From an uncultured Clostridia bacterium (GTDB lineage: Bacteria > Bacillota > Clostridia > Oscillospirales > CAG-272): DNA of 24,203 nucleotides. The stretch's first letter is position 1, and each line of letters begins with the position of its first letter. A program made the position numbers and the translations under genes. Under the pieces are notes generated by a model. It saw only the letters and a program-made list of their open reading frames with translations. It made no database searches and was not told where the DNA came from. The DNA is taken from the NCBI GenBank assembly GCA_946641795.1, contig CAMPBZ010000001.1, positions 1 to 24,203 of the forward strand. Reading direction: 5' to 3'. Below, piece by piece: positions 5,991 through 13,987 of this stretch.

Positions 5991-6026
5991 AAAAAGCCCC
6001 TTTGCGCCGCGGCGCAAAGGGGCTTT
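5991..6026. terminator. Terminator after the AAA+ gene
   Basis: 34-bp perfect palindrome AAAGCCCCTTTGCGCCGCGGCGCAAAGGGGCTTT. Confidence 0.8.
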
Positions 6027-6052
6027 ACAAATTGCGGCGGATATGGTATAAT
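6024..6052 (+). promoter_or_regulatory. Sigma-A promoter overlapping the terminator end
   Basis: TTTACA-17-TGgTATAAT. Confidence 0.7.
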
Positions 6053-6096
6053 ATAGCGTCGTCAGCTTTGCAAAATCAAGCAGAGGGGGTGTCAAA

Positions 6097-6966
6097 GTGG
6101 AAGCGTTCTTTTATGACCTGCCGGCCGAAACCGCGGCGCTGTGCGAGGAGATCGTAGACTATGCCACGCAGGTCTGGCACCTGCCGATGGAAGAACAGGA
6201 AAATTTTTTGGGGTTTGGAAAAAGCCGCAGCTTTTATCTGTTTTGGATGGCGCGCAAAGAGGATTACAATTATTTCAAGGCGCGGCGCACCTGCTCCTAC
6301 CGGCAAGCCGACGGCTTTGTAGATTGCGAACTGTGCGCCGAAAACCGGGAGCGCATTTTGGAAGCGATCGACGCGATTTGCAAAAGCCGCGAAGAGCGCC
6401 GGAATGCGCCGCGCGTTCGCGCGGAAAAGCCGAATGAGCCCGACCCCTGGCAGGCGGCAACGGCGCGGGCGTGGGAACTCTACCGCCAAAATCCGCCGTC
6501 CGAAATTGCGGCGTTCTTCCGGAATGCAAAAGCCTTCTCCACACTTGCCGACCGGCAGTTGCAGGCCGTGCTCCGCGCGGTCAACGGGAGGAACGCCCGA
6601 AGAGACGCGACAATTTGGAAAAAATATATTCTTACCGACGAGGCCACGCTGGAAAGCATTGGGAACGAATACAATCTTTCCCGCGAGCGGGTGCGGCAGG
6701 TCGTCAAGCGCGCGGACGAAAGGATTGATTATCTCTTTCATCACCACGGCCGGTACGACGGCACCGGCGAGTTTCGCGACCGCGCCGAGCAAATGGCCGC
6801 TCTGCTGGAAAGCGCCGGCGGGGCGCTGCCCTTCTTTTTCAATCTTGCGTTTGCCGCCTGGGGGAGCCGCAAAAAAGAATGGTTCCTTCGCCTTTTGTTT
6901 GGCAAGGAGAACGGTGCCGCGCTCTTCAAGGCCTGCGCCGCGGCGCAAAATCCGGCGGAGCTTTGA
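6097..6966 (+). CDS. Hypothetical protein with a sigma-70 region-4-like HTH, 289 aa
   Basis: TLESIGNEYNLSRERVRQV motif; GTG start with SD GAGGGGG. No sigma region 2 recognised. Confidence 0.7.
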   Translation: MEAFFYDLPAETAALCEEIVDYATQVWHLPMEEQENFLGFGKSRSFYLFWMARKEDYNYFKARRTCSYRQADGFVDCELCAENRERILEAIDAICKSREERRNAPRVRAEKPNEPDPWQAATARAWELYRQNPPSEIAAFFRNAKAFSTLADRQLQAVLRAVNGRNARRDATIWKKYILTDEATLESIGNEYNLSRERVRQVVKRADERIDYLFHHHGRYDGTGEFRDRAEQMAALLESAGGALPFFFNLAFAAWGSRKKEWFLRLLFGKENGAALFKACAAAQNPAEL

Positions 6967-7014
6967 ACCAACCGGGGGCGATTGGAAAAATCGCCTCCGG
7001 TTTGCATTTTCATC

Positions 7015-7043
7015 TTGCAAAACGCCCCCAAAAACGGTATAAT
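7015..7043 (+). promoter_or_regulatory. Sigma-A promoter
   Basis: TTGCAA-17-TATAAT. Confidence 0.65.
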
Positions 7044-7075
7044 AAAGAAAAAGCGAAAAAGGAAGCAAGCGGAAA

Positions 7076-8230
7076 ATGAAACATAGCGTAGATACTGTAA
7101 TCATCGGCGGCGGGCCGGCCGGCATCAGCTGCGCGACCCTGCTGCAAAAAAACGGCGTATCGAATTTGGTCATTGAGAAAAAGACCTTCCCGCGAAAAAA
7201 GCTTTGCGCCGGCCTGGTGACCCAAAAAACCTTCCGGCTGTTGGTGGAGGAGCTCGGCTTTTCCGCCGAGGAACTGGCGCCGGTCTTTTGTGACGAAAGC
7301 TCGACTTTGGAGCTTTACAGCGGCGACTTGCTCTTGACGCGCTCGGAGCTTTCCACCCCCTTCCGCCTGACGCGGAGAGAGCTGCTGGATACCTTCCTGG
7401 CCCGGCAGTATCAGCTCCGCGGCGGCGTCCTTTTGGAAAACACGACCCTCAACGGGAGCGATCTTTCGGCAAACATACTGACCCTATCGAACGGGGACAC
7501 GGTCGAGTTCCGCCATTTGGTGGTTGCCGACGGCGCTTTGAGCGAGACGCGCAGCCTGCTGGGCTATCCCTTCCCAACGCTCGGCTTTTGCATGGAAACG
7601 CACGTGCCGAAGGAAAAACTGCCGCAGGGCACCGCCGTGCAGGTTCGCTTCGGCGTGATCCCCAAAGGGTACGCCTGGGTGTTCCCTTCCGGCAACGATT
7701 TTTGCGTGGGAATGGGCGGCGTTTGGCAAAAAGGGATTGACCACAAGCGGCTGATGAACGAGTTTCTTGCCTCGCTCGGCCTGGAAAACCCGGAGGAATA
7801 TCCGGCAAAAGGCGCCTTCCTGCCCTACGGGGAAACGAAAAAACAGTCCGGCGGCTCCGAGCACATCCTGCTGATCGGCGACGCGGGCGGCTTTGCCGAC
7901 CCGATCTCCGGGGAGGGGCTGTATTTTGCCCTGGCGACCGGCAAGGCGGCGGCCGACGCCATTTTGCACGCGCCCGAACATGCCCGGACGGAATTTGACA
8001 AGCTGACGGCGCCCGAACGAAAGATCATCCGGCAGGGCACGCGGCTCCAAAAGCTCCTTTACAGCGCCGCCGTGCAAAAACTGTTCCGCAAAAAGGTGCT
8101 CGGTAAAAACGCCTTTGTCGGGTTTTACTGCGAAAATCTGGTTTCGGAGTACAACTACCCCTACGGCGACCTGCTTCGCCTTTACCGGGACTACAAAAAA
8201 GGAAAGAAAAAAACAAAAGAAACCAAATAA
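7076..8230 (+). CDS. Geranylgeranyl-reductase-family FAD-dependent oxidoreductase
   Basis: IIGGGPAG, PRKKLCAG, GYAWVFP and GDAGGFADPISGEGL motifs. Confidence 0.9.
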   Translation: MKHSVDTVIIGGGPAGISCATLLQKNGVSNLVIEKKTFPRKKLCAGLVTQKTFRLLVEELGFSAEELAPVFCDESSTLELYSGDLLLTRSELSTPFRLTRRELLDTFLARQYQLRGGVLLENTTLNGSDLSANILTLSNGDTVEFRHLVVADGALSETRSLLGYPFPTLGFCMETHVPKEKLPQGTAVQVRFGVIPKGYAWVFPSGNDFCVGMGGVWQKGIDHKRLMNEFLASLGLENPEEYPAKGAFLPYGETKKQSGGSEHILLIGDAGGFADPISGEGLYFALATGKAAADAILHAPEHARTEFDKLTAPERKIIRQGTRLQKLLYSAAVQKLFRKKVLGKNAFVGFYCENLVSEYNYPYGDLLRLYRDYKKGKKKTKETK

Positions 8231-8252
8231 CCGCCAAGCCGGCAAGGCCGGT

Positions 8253-8294
8253 AAAAAAAGTCCCCGCCGTTGCGTTTGCAACGGCGGGGGTTTT
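8253..8294. terminator. Bidirectional terminator between convergent genes
   Basis: CCCCGCCGTTGC-gttt-GCAACGGCGGGG flanked by A and T runs. Confidence 0.85.
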
Positions 8295-8307
8295 GATTGA
8301 TGTTGGT

Positions 8308-10074
8308 TTATTGTGCGTTCTTGGCCGTTTTGTAAGGAACAAACGAGTTCCCTGCGGCGTTGACTTTCAATTCGTAGGAAACATCAAAATCGGCGGCGGC
8401 CTGCGTGCCGAAATCTCTGGAACCCGAAAGCGCGGTGGTAAACGTACCGTTCGCCTGAACGGCAATGGAGGAGAGTTTCCCATCCTTGACTTCCACGGTC
8501 AGCAGAATTTTATCTGCTTTGACCGAATTTGCGGCGAACGCGCCGAACACGGTGGGGTCAACCGTTGCTTTTCCCAGCGGGTCAAGGTCAAGCTGCGCGT
8601 TGAGGTAGTTCAAAATCTTTTGCGCGTCGGCTTTTGCAATGCCGATGGTGTAGGTAACGGTGCCGTCCTTCGTAATCTTTTCTACAAAGGTGTAGTTCTC
8701 CAAAGCGGCAAACAGATCAAACAAATAGTAGGCATCGGTGCGGTTTGCGGTGTAGGGCGTGACCTCGGTAACCGTATCTTTGAGGAGTTTCTTTTCAATG
8801 TTGTAAACGGTTCCGTTTTCCAGGCGGGTGCGCTTGATATGAACGTCCGCAATGCCGCCGGCTTTATACAAATCGGCATTTTTGTAGTCGCTGCCAATTT
8901 CAATGTCGTTGTGGAAATAAACGGTACCGTCAATCGTTTTGCGCTGTGCCGAGCCCTTGAAGGTGGAGTTGATCTCGTTTTTGCCGGCAAAATCAACGCC
9001 GGTTTTGACGACGAAATCGTAGCCCGAAGCGGTTTGCGTCTCGTAAGCGGAAACAGCGTTGCTGACCTCGGTTTTTGCCGATGCGATCTGCGCCGGCGTC
9101 AGCAAAAGGTTGGCGAACACGCGCGGGGTGATGGTTTTTGCCACGCCTACGTTTTTGAAGTTGAGCGAATAGATCAGCGTAAACTGCACGGTGGTGACCG
9201 AAATTTGCATTTCGTAACGGTAGGAAAGCACCTCGCCGTTTTCAAACGTGACGTACATTCCCGTATTGACGTTGTTCTCGGGAACTTCGCCAATCAGTTT
9301 TTGAACGGTGGCGTTGTTGAGGAGCTTGCTTGCAAGGGCAATTCCTGCCGACGCGTTAAAGGAGGTTTTCAGCTTGTATTCGTTTGCCTTGTTGGTTTTT
9401 TCAATGGATTTGAGCTGCGAGGCGTCGTACTCAAACAGCGCCTTTGCAAACGAGGAGGCGTCAAACCGGTAGGAGGCGTCCACTTCCTCCGCTTCGTAGT
9501 TCATCAGCCGCTCGTTTTCGTCCAGCGAGATCTTTTGCAGCTGGTTGCCGCGCCGGATCTGATAGCCGGTGCCGTCATAGAACAACAGCCCGGAGTTGGT
9601 ATGTGCGTCGTAGAAAGAAACATCGCCGGTGGTGGAATATTTTGCGTTTCCTTCGGTTCTCCCGGAGGCGGAAACGGCACTGTACGAAACCGTTGCGGTG
9701 GTGGTATAGTCATATTCGTAGCCGGAAACCGACTGGCCGATGGTCTTCTCGCGCGCGCTTTCAAACGCGTTCTGGAAGGTGTAGAAACGCGCGTAAAGCG
9801 AGGTGTTTGCGTTTACGGTAATGGGGAAGGTCGCCTGCGTGGTAAAGGAAGCGTCAAGATACCAGCCGCCGAAAATGTGGTTTTCTTTTTGCGGGTCGGC
9901 AGGCTGTTGCAGTACCGTGCCTTTTTCCACCGTTTGGCTGCTCATTCCGGCGTTTTGATAGGACACGGTATAGGTTTCTGTTGCGGTTTCGCTTGAAGGG
10001 TCGGAAGATGTATTACAAGAAACAAACGAGAACAGCAACAGCAGGGCAAGTACAAAAATCAATCCTTTTTTCAT
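8308..10074 (-). CDS. Lipoprotein with an InlB B-repeat (Listeria-Bacteroides repeat) domain, 588 aa
   Basis: Signal MKKGLIFVLALLLLFSFVSC with lipobox Cys, and the YTVSY..P.DP.KENHIFGGWY......F...T..NTSLYARF repeat motif. Confidence 0.85.
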   Translation of the reverse strand: MKKGLIFVLALLLLFSFVSCNTSSDPSSETATETYTVSYQNAGMSSQTVEKGTVLQQPADPQKENHIFGGWYLDASFTTQATFPITVNANTSLYARFYTFQNAFESAREKTIGQSVSGYEYDYTTTATVSYSAVSASGRTEGNAKYSTTGDVSFYDAHTNSGLLFYDGTGYQIRRGNQLQKISLDENERLMNYEAEEVDASYRFDASSFAKALFEYDASQLKSIEKTNKANEYKLKTSFNASAGIALASKLLNNATVQKLIGEVPENNVNTGMYVTFENGEVLSYRYEMQISVTTVQFTLIYSLNFKNVGVAKTITPRVFANLLLTPAQIASAKTEVSNAVSAYETQTASGYDFVVKTGVDFAGKNEINSTFKGSAQRKTIDGTVYFHNDIEIGSDYKNADLYKAGGIADVHIKRTRLENGTVYNIEKKLLKDTVTEVTPYTANRTDAYYLFDLFAALENYTFVEKITKDGTVTYTIGIAKADAQKILNYLNAQLDLDPLGKATVDPTVFGAFAANSVKADKILLTVEVKDGKLSSIAVQANGTFTTALSGSRDFGTQAAADFDVSYELKVNAAGNSFVPYKTAKNAQ

Positions 10075-10087
10075 AAAAAATCTCCTT

Positions 10088-10711
10088 TTAGTTATCATCA
10101 TCGGGGTGTTTGATGCTTTTGACAAGGGCAAACGGATAAACGAAAACCGAAACCACAAGCCCTACGGCAACGGCAAGCAGGAGCAGTGCAATGGAAATCA
10201 GAATGCTCAACACAAGCAAGCCCAGTTTAACGGTTAAAAACCAGACAATGCCATCCAGGCTCAACCCGAAGATAACGCCCGGCATACGAATACTGCGACT
10301 TGCAATTCCAACGATCAGGTCGCCCACAAAGTTGTTTGAAAGCAACAGGCAGGAAATTAACGTAAAGGTGAGAATAGGGGTCACGACCCCTACGGCGATC
10401 AGCGAAGGGGTTTTGAAAATGCCCGTAGCAATCATAATTGCAAGAACCACCGCCGCGCCGAGGCCGCCGAGAATATAGGACCACATCCTGCGCTTTGCGG
10501 CGGTAGCGGCCGCCTGCCGCGCGTTTTCTTCCTTCATTTTTGCCTCGCATTGCGCGCAATGATAATACTGGCGAGAGCTGCGGAGGTTGTAATGATGAAT
10601 GACCAGATCCTCTTTTCTGTAAATGGGGTTTTTGCATCTTTCGCAAATGCCAAGCGGCGGTGTTTGCGGAGTTTGGGGGGCGGCTTGCGTTTGATTTTCT
10701 TCGTTTGCCAT
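10088..10711 (-). CDS. Membrane protein with an N-terminal CxxC..HCxxC Zn-binding motif, 207 aa
   Basis: CERC...YHCAQC followed by several hydrophobic helices. SD AAGAGAGG; upstream promoter TTGACA-17-TAAAAT (10790-10762). Confidence 0.75.
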   Translation of the reverse strand: MANEENQTQAAPQTPQTPPLGICERCKNPIYRKEDLVIHHYNLRSSRQYYHCAQCEAKMKEENARQAAATAAKRRMWSYILGGLGAAVVLAIMIATGIFKTPSLIAVGVVTPILTFTLISCLLLSNNFVGDLIVGIASRSIRMPGVIFGLSLDGIVWFLTVKLGLLVLSILISIALLLLAVAVGLVVSVFVYPFALVKSIKHPDDDN

Positions 10712-10849
10712 TGTAAAAACCTCTCTTTTTCCTTTCAATTTGCCGTCAGCCGGCATATCTTATTTTATCCTACTTTATAAGATTTGTCAATATTAAATCG
10801 CATATTTGATTATAATAGTAGAAAAAGGAAAGGTTTTTAAGGTGATGCG

Positions 10850-11005
10850 ATGAAGCCGCTGAAAGAAAAAATCAGTATCACGATCGATGGCGACATTTTG
10901 GAGAAAATCAGAGTTTTGGCGGAGGACGACGACCGCTCCCTTTCCCAGTTTATCAACCTTATTCTGAAAGAGTATTTGAAGCAAACGCAGACCGCCGGAA
11001 AATAA
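10850..11005 (+). CDS. Small ribbon-helix-helix (CopG-like) protein, 51 aa, absent from the ORF track
   Basis: My translation is MKPLKEKISITIDGDILEKIRVLAEDDDRSLSQFINLILKEYLKQTQTAGK; SD AAGGTG. Confidence 0.85.
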   Translation: MKPLKEKISITIDGDILEKIRVLAEDDDRSLSQFINLILKEYLKQTQTAGK

Positions 11006-11037
11006 AAGCACCGGCCGGCAATGCCGGCATTTTGCGC

Positions 11038-11070
11038 AAAAAAGAGGCGATTTTCAATCGCCTCTTTTTT
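11038..11070. terminator. Bidirectional terminator
   Basis: AAAAAAGAGGCGATT-ttc-AATCGCCTCTTTTTT. Confidence 0.85.
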
Positions 11071-11291
11071 TATTTTGCCGCAGTTCCCTGCGGGTCGTTG
11101 GTCAAGCCCGCAAGAAAATCCAGCGATACGTGATACAGCTTTGCCAATGCAATGGCAATGTCAAACGGAACTTCCCGCTGGCCGCTTTCATAACGTTGGT
11201 AAGTGGTTTTATATAATCCTACCAATTCGGCGGCGCGGGCTTGCGATAAATCGTGATCCTCGCGCAAATCGCGAATTCGTGTGTACATCAT
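11070..11291 (-). CDS. XRE-family HTH regulator, copy 2
   Basis: RIRDLREDHDLSQ...TTYQRYESGQREVP..IAIALAKLYHVSLDFLAG. Confidence 0.9.
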   Translation of the reverse strand: MMYTRIRDLREDHDLSQARAAELVGLYKTTYQRYESGQREVPFDIAIALAKLYHVSLDFLAGLTNDPQGTAAK

Positions 11292-11420
11292 AATACAATC
11301 ATACCCCTCCGTGCGGGTCGTTGGTCAAGCCCGCAAGAAAATCCAGCGATACGTGATACAGCTTTGCCAATGCAATGGCAATGTCAAACGGAACTTCCCG
11401 CTGGCCGCTTTCATAACGTT
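11089..11420. repeat. 109-bp perfect direct repeat (11089-11197 and 11312-11420)
   Basis: Base-by-base identity of the C-terminal halves of the two XRE genes. Confidence 0.95.
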
Positions 11421-11514
11421 TATATGTGGTGGTATGAAGCCCAATCAATTCTGCGGTTCGTGCCTGCGTCAAATCATTGTCTTCGCGTAAGTCGCGGATC
11501 CTTGCATACTTCAT
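11299..11514 (-). CDS. XRE-family HTH regulator, copy 1
   Basis: RIRDLREDNDLTQ...TTYKRYESGQREVP; SD GAGGTG. Confidence 0.9.
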   Translation of the reverse strand: MKYARIRDLREDNDLTQARTAELIGLHTTTYKRYESGQREVPFDIAIALAKLYHVSLDFLAGLTNDPHGGV

Positions 11515-11546
11515 CCTTCATCACCTCGGAATTATTCTATCCAGAA

Positions 11547-11589
11547 AACACCATTTGGTGTTGAAGGCGGCACCGTTCGGTGCTACAAT
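11547..11589 (+). promoter_or_regulatory. Promoter with two CACC-N4-GGTG operator-like sites
   Basis: TTGAAG-17-TGcTACAAT (11561-11589); palindromes at 11549-11560 and 11571-11582. Confidence 0.6.
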
Positions 11590-11622
11590 AAAGGAAAGAA
11601 TATATGGAAGAGGTGACAAAAA

Positions 11623-11857
11623 ATGGAAGAAGAAAAGAAATCAACCGATTGGAAAAAATCGGCGCCGGTTTTTGATATTTCGGACCCCCTGGAAAACGAT
11701 GGAACTGACAATGCGGCTGGAAGACTGGAAAAAAGCCAACGAACGGCTTTCCGCCATTTCGGCGCAGAACACCGAGGCACTGATGGAGGCTTTTCGCCTG
11801 GGGTTTCTTGCCGGCGTTCATTTTACGCAGGACGCATTTGAAAAAGAGCGTCATTGA
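11623..11857 (+). pseudogene. Small gene, apparently frameshifted, with a DUF6809-like C-terminus
   Basis: Strong SD GAGGTG with ATG at 11623, but the family-like segment EAFRLGFLAG lies in the +1 frame. An alternative intact ORF is 11699-11857 with a weak SD. Confidence 0.4.
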
Positions 11858-11885
11858 CGCTCTTTTTTTGTTGGTTTTTTGTTTT

Positions 11886-13205
11886 TCAAAATTTGACGGT
11901 AAAGGTGGTTTTGCCGGGCGCGGAGGCAACGCTGATTTTTGCGTGCAGACCCTCGGCAAGGTTCTTGGCAATGGAAAGCCCCAGGCCGAAGCCGCCGGTG
12001 CTTTCCCTGGCCTGGTCGGCGCGCCAGAAGCGGTCGAACAGGTGGGGAATGTCCTCGGCGGGGATCTCGGCGCCGGCGTTTTGCACCGTTAAAACAGCAC
12101 CGGAGCCGCTTTTTGCAAGCGCAACCTTGACCGTTTCGCCCTTCGGACTGTATTTGACCGCGTTGTCAACCAGAATGTGCAACAGGCGGATATAGTTCTT
12201 TTCGGCGCTGGAAAGGACGATGGAAGGCTCCACGTCCGCCTCGATCAGAACGCCGCTTTCAAAGGCCAGCGGTTCCAGCTGCAACAGAGTGCGCTCGGTG
12301 GCGTCGCTCAAATTGACCTGCGAGAACACGATTTTGCCGACCTGCTCGGTTTGGGCAAGTTCCAGCATTTCGTTTACCATTTCCTTCATCCGCTCGCCTT
12401 CCTCGGCAATGCCTTCCAGCCAGGGCTCGCGCTCCTGCGGGGAGCTTTCCGGCGAATTGCGCAGGATCTCGGCGTTTGCAAGAATGACGGTGATGGGGGT
12501 TTTCAGATCGTGCGAAGCGTCGGCAACAAAGCGCTTTTGCTGTTCCCAGGCGCGCGCCGTTGGGCGAATGACAATGCCGGAGAGCAGATAGCTGATGCCG
12601 AAAAAGAGCAACAGCCCGCAAAGCAGAACGCCGCCGGTGGTGAGCGCCGTTGTGCGCAGACCGGCCCAAAGATGGTCGGTTGAGGCAAACACAACGCGCG
12701 TGCCAAAAGGCGTTTCGTTTTTTTGCCAGGCAAGGTTCAGCGAATTGAGCATCCCCTCGCTTTTGGAGGAAGCCGCGGCTTTTTCCACCGCCTCGTCCAG
12801 CACGGCCTCGTCCATTCCGGCACCGAAAGCGCCTTCGAGCTGATAGCTCCCGTCCGGCGAGATCAGCACGGTAACGGTGTAAACAAAGGAGATTTTTTCG
12901 TTGCCGCCAATGGTGGGCAGCAGGATCCCGTCCTCGCCGTAGGGAATGCCATCCGGCGGGGTTTCGCCATCCGGTGGAGTTTCACCGTCGGGCGGAGTTT
13001 CACCGTCGGGCGGAAAATCCCCTTCCCCGCGGCCGGGGCGACCGCCCTCCGCCGTGCGCCTGCCGGCGGTTTCAATGGCCTGGTCGATCTCGGCTTTTCC
13101 GGTTTGGTAGCTGACCACGCAAACGGCGCCGAACAGCACCAGAAACGAAAGCCCCACCAGGAGCATATTAACGAGAATAAAGCGCCAGCGCAACCGTTTT
13201 AACAT
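11886..13205 (-). CDS. Sensor histidine kinase, 439 aa
   Basis: Two TM segments, H-box FVADASHDLKTP, N-box LVDNAVKY, G-boxes DRFWRAD..GGFGLGLSI. The start overlaps the response regulator stop. Confidence 0.95.
   Translation of the reverse strand: MLKRLRWRFILVNMLLVGLSFLVLFGAVCVVSYQTGKAEIDQAIETAGRRTAEGGRPGRGEGDFPPDGETPPDGETPPDGETPPDGIPYGEDGILLPTIGGNEKISFVYTVTVLISPDGSYQLEGAFGAGMDEAVLDEAVEKAAASSKSEGMLNSLNLAWQKNETPFGTRVVFASTDHLWAGLRTTALTTGGVLLCGLLLFFGISYLLSGIVIRPTARAWEQQKRFVADASHDLKTPITVILANAEILRNSPESSPQEREPWLEGIAEEGERMKEMVNEMLELAQTEQVGKIVFSQVNLSDATERTLLQLEPLAFESGVLIEADVEPSIVLSSAEKNYIRLLHILVDNAVKYSPKGETVKVALAKSGSGAVLTVQNAGAEIPAEDIPHLFDRFWRADQARESTGGFGLGLSIAKNLAEGLHAKISVASAPGKTTFTVKF
12948..13013 (-). 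repeat. 18-nt coding tandem repeat (PPDGET x3 plus PPDG)
   Basis: Visible in both DNA and protein, in the extracytoplasmic region of the kinase. Confidence 0.9.
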
Positions 13206-13882
13206 TGTTTTTCCTCCAACCGGTATCCCATTTTTTTCACCGAGACGAGCGCGCAGGAAGACCCCACAAATTGCAGTTTTTTGCGCAAAAAGGAGATGTA
13301 GGCCTCCACGTTGTTGTCGCCCGCGTCCGAGTCGTAGCCCCAAACCTTGTTGATGATGATCTCTTTGGAAAGGATGACCCCGGGCGAGGAAAGGAACAGT
13401 TTGAGCAGTTCCCCTTCCTTAAAGTTCAGCCGCACCGTTTTTTCGGAGGCGCGGCAGGCCAGCGTTCCCGAAGAGAGGGTGTAGGCGAGATCGCCGAACG
13501 AAAGCTCGTCCAGCACCACCTCGCCCCGCCGCCGCGAAAGCACACGGATGCGCGCCAGCAGTTCCTCGGGCGAGAAAGGCTTGGTCATATAATCGTCGGC
13601 GCCGGCGTCCAGCCCGCGCACTTTATCGGGAACGGCGTCCCGCGCGGTGAGCATTAAAATGGGGGTTGCAATTTTCTCGCGCCGCAGGGCGGCCGCAACC
13701 TCAAAGCCGTTCTTTCCCGGCATCATCACATCCAAAATGATGCAATCGTAAATGCCGCTTTTGGCGTAGTCGTAGCCGGCGTCGCCGTCGCCAACGGCAT
13801 CCACCAGATATTTTTGCCCGCGCAGAATATGGCAGATCGCCTCGCGCAGGCGCTTTTCGTCCTCAACAACCAGGATTTGCAT
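13199..13882 (-). CDS. OmpR-family response regulator
   Basis: ILVVEDE, ILDVMMP, GLDAGADDYMTKPF and a winged-helix C-terminus. Confidence 0.96.
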   Translation of the reverse strand: MQILVVEDEKRLREAICHILRGQKYLVDAVGDGDAGYDYAKSGIYDCIILDVMMPGKNGFEVAAALRREKIATPILMLTARDAVPDKVRGLDAGADDYMTKPFSPEELLARIRVLSRRRGEVVLDELSFGDLAYTLSSGTLACRASEKTVRLNFKEGELLKLFLSSPGVILSKEIIINKVWGYDSDAGDNNVEAYISFLRKKLQFVGSSCALVSVKKMGYRLEEKQC

Positions 13883-13918
13883 TGTGTTTCCCTGCCTTTC
13901 CCTTGTTTTTTCGATCCC

Positions 13919-13953
13919 ATCCTACCACCAAAAACTGAAAAAATGCTGAAAAA
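13919..13953 (-). promoter_or_regulatory. Putative autoregulated promoter of the two-component operon
   Basis: TTTTTCAG direct repeat with 11-bp spacing (13935-13942, 13946-13953) upstream of a TAGGAT -10. Confidence 0.5.
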
Positions 13954-13987
13954 GGAAAGACGCGGCGGGGCGCGTCTTTCTTTTTTT
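13949..13987 (-). terminator. Terminator of the Gld-like operon
   Basis: GAAAGACGCG/CGCGTCTTTC stem with T runs on both strands. Confidence 0.75.

Noticed and set aside
6097-6966. Bona fide sigma factor
   Set aside because: No region 2 is recognisable.
8293-9996. 567-aa plus-strand ORF
   Set aside because: Antisense shadow of the lipoprotein gene.
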